Shown here piece by piece: positions 58,884-64,000 of a stretch of 64,000 nucleotides of DNA. The stretch spans positions 36,422 through 100,421 of the forward strand of contig JBIIJD010000003.1 in NCBI GenBank assembly GCA_044234105.1, given 5' to 3'. Position 1 is the first letter of the stretch; the number at the start of each line of letters is the position of its first letter. The DNA is from Aureliella sp. GTDB taxonomy: Bacteria > Planctomycetota > Planctomycetia > Pirellulales > Pirellulaceae. The notes beneath the pieces are model-generated. The model did not search any database. It was not told the DNA's origin and saw nothing but the letters and a program-made list of their open reading frames with translations. The position numbers and the translations under genes were made by a program.

Positions 58884-60857
58884 CTATACCGAAATTCGTC
58901 GCGTGTAGACTAGCCATTCCAAAGTCAAAAGCACAATCGCCAACAGCAACAGCCAACGCCAGAATTCAGCGCGAATGATCTGCAATCCTGCGCTGCGAGT
59001 TTGCACCTCTTGAAGGCCAATCTTGATTTCTTCGGCTAGTCCAATGCTGCTTTCCCGTTCACTGAACAAATTGACATTGAACATGCTGATCGAGTGTCCT
59101 TGCTGGGAGTCGTTTACCTTGTAGACTCCCTGCTGGTCGGTCTTTGAATAGACAAATTGTGGCTGCCCATCGCGGCTTAGCTTCTCCTGCTTTCCGTCGG
59201 GTGCTTCGATGGTGACTTCGCTGTGTCGGCTAGCCAGATTGAAGATCGCCTGCTGACCTGGTCGAAAAGACTTGGTGCCCGCTGAAGCTCCTGCGCCACC
59301 CAAGTACTCCAAACAGTTCAAGACAAACACGGGAAAGCTGCGACGATTGATCCAGTTGGTGTTGTTCTGCAATAGCTGCATACCCACGACTGCATCCTGA
59401 TAAGCACCGCGAGGGGCCACAGCAATCAAAACACCAGCATCCGTGCGAGCCAGTTCTGTCGCTCCAGCAGGCATCTGGTAACTAACCCCTTGAGCGATCA
59501 GAAGCGTCCCAAGGTCAACGTACTGAAGCAGCGGGTGCGAGCGGTTCATGTCGATGACAAACAGCGGCCCAGTGGGCTCTGAAGCCTGCCATTGCGGCCC
59601 AGGTGGAGCATTCCCCAGGAACAGCGTGTTGGCTTGAGGCATCTCGGGTGGTGAGCATGCATCGTAGATGAACAGATCCACGGCACCAGACGCCGACAAC
59701 TGCTTGATCTCGTCGCTAGCCAATTGCTCGGGCTCGATCACGCGAGCGTCGGCGACGACTTTTGCCTGCGGTGTCTGCAGCGACGCGGCCAGCGCGGCGT
59801 TGCCATTGGTCACGAGCACGACCTCCAGTTGCCTAGGCGGCGTTAACGAAGCGTAGGCAACATTATCGACTGTTAGGTGATCTTTGGTTTCAAGCTGAAG
59901 CTGCAACCTTCCTTGTTGCAAATCGGTAAGTTCAAAATCCAGGCCTTTGACCTCACCGGGCTGCAGCGACACATCGGCAGCGTCCATCATTTGATCGTCC
60001 AACCGCAGCACAGCCCTAGCCGACGCGTGTGATCCGCTCAAGTTAGCGATCCGCGCAAACGCCTCCACTTGGCCAGGTTTCTCTGGATTGCGCTGGCAAC
60101 TAAAGGCCAGGATCGCCACATTCTCCGCAGCGGGCTGTCCGATTGGAATGTACTCCGCCGAAAGGTTTCCCAAATCCACGGGCGGCACTGCAAATCCGCC
60201 ATCGGTCAGCAGCAGTAGCCGCGCCGGAATGGCCTCAGCAACTTGCACATCGTTCACATCCTGGACCTGGCTAGTGCGACCCGGATTGGCCAGTCCCGAT
60301 GCGGCTCGCAGCGCTTCGGCCAGATCGGTTGGACGATTGGTGGGCTGTATCGACTGGATAGCTGATGACAAGCGTCGACGATCGGAGGTATACCCTTGTC
60401 GTACATCAGCCCGGTCGCTAAATGCGATCACCATTGCCACATCGTCGCGATCCATGGTCTGAACGATTTCAAGGGCTTTCACCTTGGCTTCATGCAAGCG
60501 TGATTGGCTGCCCATATCTACAGCCTGCATGCTTGCCGAATTGTCTAGAAGCAGAATGATTCGATCCTGGACAACTTGATTGCTGCGTATGCCTGGACGC
60601 AAGACTGCAAGAATCAACACTGCAAGCACCAACAACTGTAGCCATAATAGCAAGTTCTGTCGCAACCGCTGCCAGATGCTGTTGACATGCAGGTCCTCAA
60701 CCGTTCGCCGCCACAAATAGGTGCTGGGCACTTGCACCGGTTGTCGTCTTAGCTTCAAAAAGTAAAGAGCGACGACCAGCGGTGGCACGGCGGCTAGAAC
60801 CAGCCACTGCCAACCATTCAGCATGTTCATCAGGCTCATTGCGTTTCCCCGGTCCAA
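58884..60857 (-). CDS. BatA-like N-terminal double-TM / von Willebrand factor A domain protein
   Basis: WLVLAAVPPLVVALYFLKLRRQPVQVPSTYLW is the Bat N-terminal motif. The VWA MIDAS start is ILLLDNSASM. There is a C-terminal TM helix. Confidence 0.8.
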   Translation of the reverse strand: MDRGNAMSLMNMLNGWQWLVLAAVPPLVVALYFLKLRRQPVQVPSTYLWRRTVEDLHVNSIWQRLRQNLLLWLQLLVLAVLILAVLRPGIRSNQVVQDRIILLLDNSASMQAVDMGSQSRLHEAKVKALEIVQTMDRDDVAMVIAFSDRADVRQGYTSDRRRLSSAIQSIQPTNRPTDLAEALRAASGLANPGRTSQVQDVNDVQVAEAIPARLLLLTDGGFAVPPVDLGNLSAEYIPIGQPAAENVAILAFSCQRNPEKPGQVEAFARIANLSGSHASARAVLRLDDQMMDAADVSLQPGEVKGLDFELTDLQQGRLQLQLETKDHLTVDNVAYASLTPPRQLEVVLVTNGNAALAASLQTPQAKVVADARVIEPEQLASDEIKQLSASGAVDLFIYDACSPPEMPQANTLFLGNAPPGPQWQASEPTGPLFVIDMNRSHPLLQYVDLGTLLIAQGVSYQMPAGATELARTDAGVLIAVAPRGAYQDAVVGMQLLQNNTNWINRRSFPVFVLNCLEYLGGAGASAGTKSFRPGQQAIFNLASRHSEVTIEAPDGKQEKLSRDGQPQFVYSKTDQQGVYKVNDSQQGHSISMFNVNLFSERESSIGLAEEIKIGLQEVQTRSAGLQIIRAEFWRWLLLLAIVLLTLEWLVYTRRISV

Positions 60858-60913
60858 TTGATTTTTGAAGGCTTTAGTCTATCGTATGCGCAATCGATCG
60901 GGCAATCAATCAA

Positions 60914-61813
60914 CTAACGGACCAATCCACGTTCGCGTAGATAGTGTCCCACCAGTTCGTCCGCACCCTGGTCGCTACGAACCATCATGTAGGCGATTCC
61001 GCGCTGAGCGCAAAACTGTTTGGCTTGGCCAACAAAACTTGCTAGCGTCTGCTTGTACCTGCGAATCAAGAAGGGAGAGACCGAGATCTCCGTTTCGTCC
61101 GAGTCCTCGCAGTCCACCAGTTTCAAATCGCCCACTAGCTCGGGATCAATCTCTGCGGGGCTAAGCAAGTGTAAAACAAAAACATCCATCTGTTTGCCAA
61201 CCAGCATTCTCAATGCGGACTCGTATCCGCTCTTGTCCATCAGGTCACTGATCAGCACGACGATGCCTCGCCCCGCGTTTGCCATGCAAAACTGCTTGAC
61301 GCCGCTGGTCAGAGAACTGGAGTGCTCGGGACGTACCGACGCTACAAAGTCGGTCAGGCGATTCAACTGGCTACGGCCACGAAGCAACGGGCTGGTAAGA
61401 TTTTTTTTCGCCAGGAATTCCAATTTAACTCGGTCGCCACGACACATGCCAACAAACGATAGTGCAGCGGCCAGTTGTTGAGCTACAAAAAACTTGGTCG
61501 GCTCGCCAAAATCCATCGATGGGCTGGCATCGACAAGACAATAAACATGCAGATCGTCCTCTTCCAAAAAAAGCTTCAGAAATAACTTATCCAGCCGCGC
61601 GTAGAGGTTCCAATCGACAAAGCGCAGGTCGTCACCGGGCGAGTAGTTGCGGAAGTCAGCAAACTCGACACTTTGCCCCTTGCGGCGGCTACGACGCTCC
61701 CCCTTCATCCTGCCGCGAAATACTTTGCGGCTAACCAATTCCATCCGCTCCAACTTTGCCAGCAACGATGCCGGTAGAAGCTCGTTGGCGGACAAGGTGG
61801 TCGAGCTTGACAT
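60914..61813 (-). CDS. DUF58 domain-containing protein
   Basis: GERRSRRKGQSVEFADFRNYSPGDDLRFVDWNLYARLDKLFLKLF is the hallmark DUF58 motif. It is followed by the VWA-like CLVDASPSM. Confidence 0.9.
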   Translation of the reverse strand: MSSSTTLSANELLPASLLAKLERMELVSRKVFRGRMKGERRSRRKGQSVEFADFRNYSPGDDLRFVDWNLYARLDKLFLKLFLEEDDLHVYCLVDASPSMDFGEPTKFFVAQQLAAALSFVGMCRGDRVKLEFLAKKNLTSPLLRGRSQLNRLTDFVASVRPEHSSSLTSGVKQFCMANAGRGIVVLISDLMDKSGYESALRMLVGKQMDVFVLHLLSPAEIDPELVGDLKLVDCEDSDETEISVSPFLIRRYKQTLASFVGQAKQFCAQRGIAYMMVRSDQGADELVGHYLRERGLVR

Positions 61814-61890
61814 GAGAAAGTGTCCCTCATCCGGATCTTTAGGAGTAACGAGGAATTAAGGATAGTAGTCGTGGATGACCAATTGGACCA

Positions 61891-62361
61891 TCAACTAAAC
61901 TGAGCCCATTTTGGATTAGGTAGCCCGGCGCGCGAGGGCAAACTAAACTCGTTGCGTGCCCAAGCACAGAAAAACGCTGGCACGCTGGGAAGCAGCTTGG
62001 GATGCGCCAACAACTGTTCTGGCGACAACCACATCCACTCAGCAACTTCTGTCAAATTTGCCTCGGGCTGCGAATGCGGCAGGCGCTCGACCAGAACCCA
62101 CTCCAATTGGGTCCCCCAGTGGGTCACGCTTTGCCAAACATGCTCCTTGGCAACTCCCTCCAGCCGCAACTCTTCCATCAGTTCGCGCTGAATGGCTTGA
62201 TGGGGCGTCTCGCCGACTTCTATCGTGCCACCGGCAAAGCATAGCAGATCGGGAGCCCGCACCAGCTCGCTGCGCCGAATCACCAGGAACTGCTCCTGTT
62301 CGACGATAATCGCCACCGCTCCATGCCTGGGCTTTCCGTGACTACTTCCTTTCGAAACCAT
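61891..62361 (-). CDS. NUDIX hydrolase
   Basis: Nudix box GGTIEVGETPHQAIQRELMEELRLE. Start chosen at MVSKGSSHGK (62361). Confidence 0.85.
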   Translation of the reverse strand: MVSKGSSHGKPRHGAVAIIVEQEQFLVIRRSELVRAPDLLCFAGGTIEVGETPHQAIQRELMEELRLEGVAKEHVWQSVTHWGTQLEWVLVERLPHSQPEANLTEVAEWMWLSPEQLLAHPKLLPSVPAFFCAWARNEFSLPSRAGLPNPKWAQFS

Positions 62362-63077
62362 ATTTCCAATCTCAATAACTTCAATCGAATCGATCTTCGG
62401 CCATCGGTTGCTTGCGGATATGCACCACAGGTACATTAGACACACAAGTATAGCAGTTTCGCGAAATAGTTGAACTCAGTAGCAGAGCCAAAGCCAGCCA
62501 AATCATTGAACACCCAGCCGAAGCTTCGTTTACGGTTGGTGTGGATAAGATGGTGAGTTTTTAGGGGTAATCGAGTAGATTGGCGGTTTATCATGGTGTC
62601 AACTCGCGCTGACGCTTGAGGCTGCCAGCCACTTGATAGCGCTTCGTAGGGGGTTTTGGTTTCATTGTTTCGTTCCCCATTGTCTGGCTTCATTCACCTT
62701 TGCCTATCTAGTCAATATCTCGCAGCTATGGATCTTTCCATTTCGGAACTAGCCTTCAGAAGCGAATCTTGAGAAACGGCTCGTTGGTTTCGAAGATTCC
62801 ATGGCGGGCGATGAAAAAGCTCGGCAGCAGCCTCGCACTCCCGACCCATGGTTTCGTTGGTCAAAATGAATTCAATGCTGTTTAGAGCGGTATCCTTACA
62901 GCTCCCCGAAGCGATAGTCTTCATATGACCGTAGGTACTTATGTCGGTCAAAAAAATAGCCTATAAGTTGGATCGAAGTGCAGAATGCACCAAGAATTGG
63001 TGTAGAATGGGATTCGAATTGCCGTAAGACTCTACAGTAAGTCGACGGGCTTTGATGTCACAAACGATAATAGTGAG

Positions 63078-64000
63078 ATGGAAACTTCCTTAAAGACAGC
63101 AGGTAGGCACCGCAGCGGCCGTGGGCTAGTCGCCTTGTTGACAGTGGCTAGTCTGTTGGTTGTTGTCGGTTCGACTTGGTATTTCTTTCTCGGTCCATCC
63201 CGCGATGGGGGGGAGACAGCTAATGGACCTTTGACGGTCCAGGTTACGAAAGGACCTTTTGACCACGTGGTGCTCGAACAGGGGGAACTGGAGAGCAGTT
63301 CCAACATCGACGTGCTATGTGAGGTCAAATCCAAGGGCAGTTCGGGGACTGCAATTCTCTGGGTGATCGACGAAGGTACGGCTGTGGCCAAGGGCGATAA
63401 ACTGGTCGAATTGGACTCGTCCGCTTTGGAAGATGAACTCAAACGGCAGCGGATCACGGTATCCAGCGCTCAGGCTCAGGTCATCAGCAGCGAGGCCGTG
63501 GTGCGGACCAGCGAGATCTCGCTGCAAGAGTACTTGAATGGCACTTATCAATCCGAACGTCGGGCCATCTTATCTGAGATCGCCGTTGCCGAACAATCGC
63601 TTCGAAATGCGGAGCTTAATCTGGAAAGTGCTCGTCGACTGGCTGCCAAGGGGATGCTCAAGGGTCTACAGATCGAGGCCGAAGAGTTTTCCGTCTCAAA
63701 CGCACGCAACGTTCTGAGCGCTGCCGAAGCACGTCTTGACGTATTGGACAACTTGACCAAAGAGAAGAATCGAGTGCAACTGGAGAGTGACATTGAAGCG
63801 GCGAAGGCCAAGTTGAGTTCCGACCAGAGCGTGTTGGCGGAGGAACAGTCCAAGATGGCAGAAATCGAGGACCAGATTCGCAAGTGCATTATCTATTCTC
63901 CTGCCGACGGGATCGTTGTCTACAACAACCAGCGAAGTGGTCGCGGCAGCAGCGATTTCATTGTCGAGGAAGGGGCGATTGTACGAGAGCGACAGAGCAT
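63078..64000 (+). CDS. HlyD-family / efflux RND-type periplasmic adaptor (membrane fusion protein); the 3' end lies beyond the window
   Basis: METSLKTAGRHRSGRGLVALLTVASLLVVVGSTWYF (TM anchor), a barrel-sandwich start (GELESSSNIDVLCEV...LWVIDEGTAVAKGDKLVELD), a long coiled-coil hairpin, and IYSPADGIVVY. Absent from the ORF track because it is open at the window end. Confidence 0.85.
   Translation, partial: METSLKTAGRHRSGRGLVALLTVASLLVVVGSTWYFFLGPSRDGGETANGPLTVQVTKGPFDHVVLEQGELESSSNIDVLCEVKSKGSSGTAILWVIDEGTAVAKGDKLVELDSSALEDELKRQRITVSSAQAQVISSEAVVRTSEISLQEYLNGTYQSERRAILSEIAVAEQSLRNAELNLESARRLAAKGMLKGLQIEAEEFSVSNARNVLSAAEARLDVLDNLTKEKNRVQLESDIEAAKAKLSSDQSVLAEEQSKMAEIEDQIRKCIIYSPADGIVVYNNQRSGRGSSDFIVEEGAIVRERQS

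Noticed and set aside
62436-62693. Considered the 85-aa ORF (…NRQSTRLPLKTHHLIHT…) as a RAYT/IS200-like transposase fragment that could mobilise the GTAG-headed repeats.
   Set aside because: The resemblance to the RAYT N-terminus (R-x-S-I-R-L-x-G-Y-D-Y) is too weak. No HUH or catalytic Tyr motif is visible.
63009-63020. GGGATTCGAATT resembles a tRNA T-arm (GGTTCGAATCC type).
   Set aside because: I could build no acceptor stem, anticodon arm or D-arm around it. It lies in the promoter/leader of the HlyD-family gene.
1-64000. Scanned for CRISPR arrays, rRNA, tRNA, intact IS elements and integrases.
   Set aside because: I saw no regularly spaced direct repeats, no rRNA/tRNA-like conserved blocks and no transposase or integrase ORFs. 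A manual scan can miss small RNAs.

Overview
This 64-kb chromosomal segment has the gene content of a planctomycete, probably Pirellulales-like. The markers are a DUF1501 plus DUF1549/DUF1553 pair, DUF1552, Tat-signal xylose-isomerase-like TIM-barrel proteins, two GT39-like+TPR membrane proteins, a DUF58/BatA pair and a prepilin-type leader. I support about 55 protein-coding genes. I found no rRNA, tRNA or CRISPR by eye.

Housekeeping genes: lpxD (partial), hom / apgM-like putative homoserine kinase / four-ACT lysC, thiS-thiG, asnB, two tandem purine nucleoside phosphorylase paralogs, mazG-queD, two tatA-like genes, recG and trmL. Other content includes a YtrA-type GntR + ABC ATPase + giant membrane protein operon, several SDRs, a BNR sialidase-like protein, an esterase and a partial HlyD-family adaptor at the right edge.

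Most interesting observations:
1. A Wadjet/Mks-type jetA-jetB-jetC operon (50087..55839) whose nuclease gene jetD is reduced to a 28-codon stub abutting recG.
2. A family of GTAG-headed inverted hairpin doublets (REPIN-like) at four loci. Three share a constant CGCCAGA loop but have fully compensatory stem changes.
3. A chimeric, frameshifted remnant that fuses a prepilin leader to a secretin C-domain.
4. An in-frame TGA splitting a gene in the ABC operon.
5. A histidine-kinase-like protein in which every catalytic motif is degenerate.

All family assignments come from motif recognition by eye and need HMM/BLAST confirmation.
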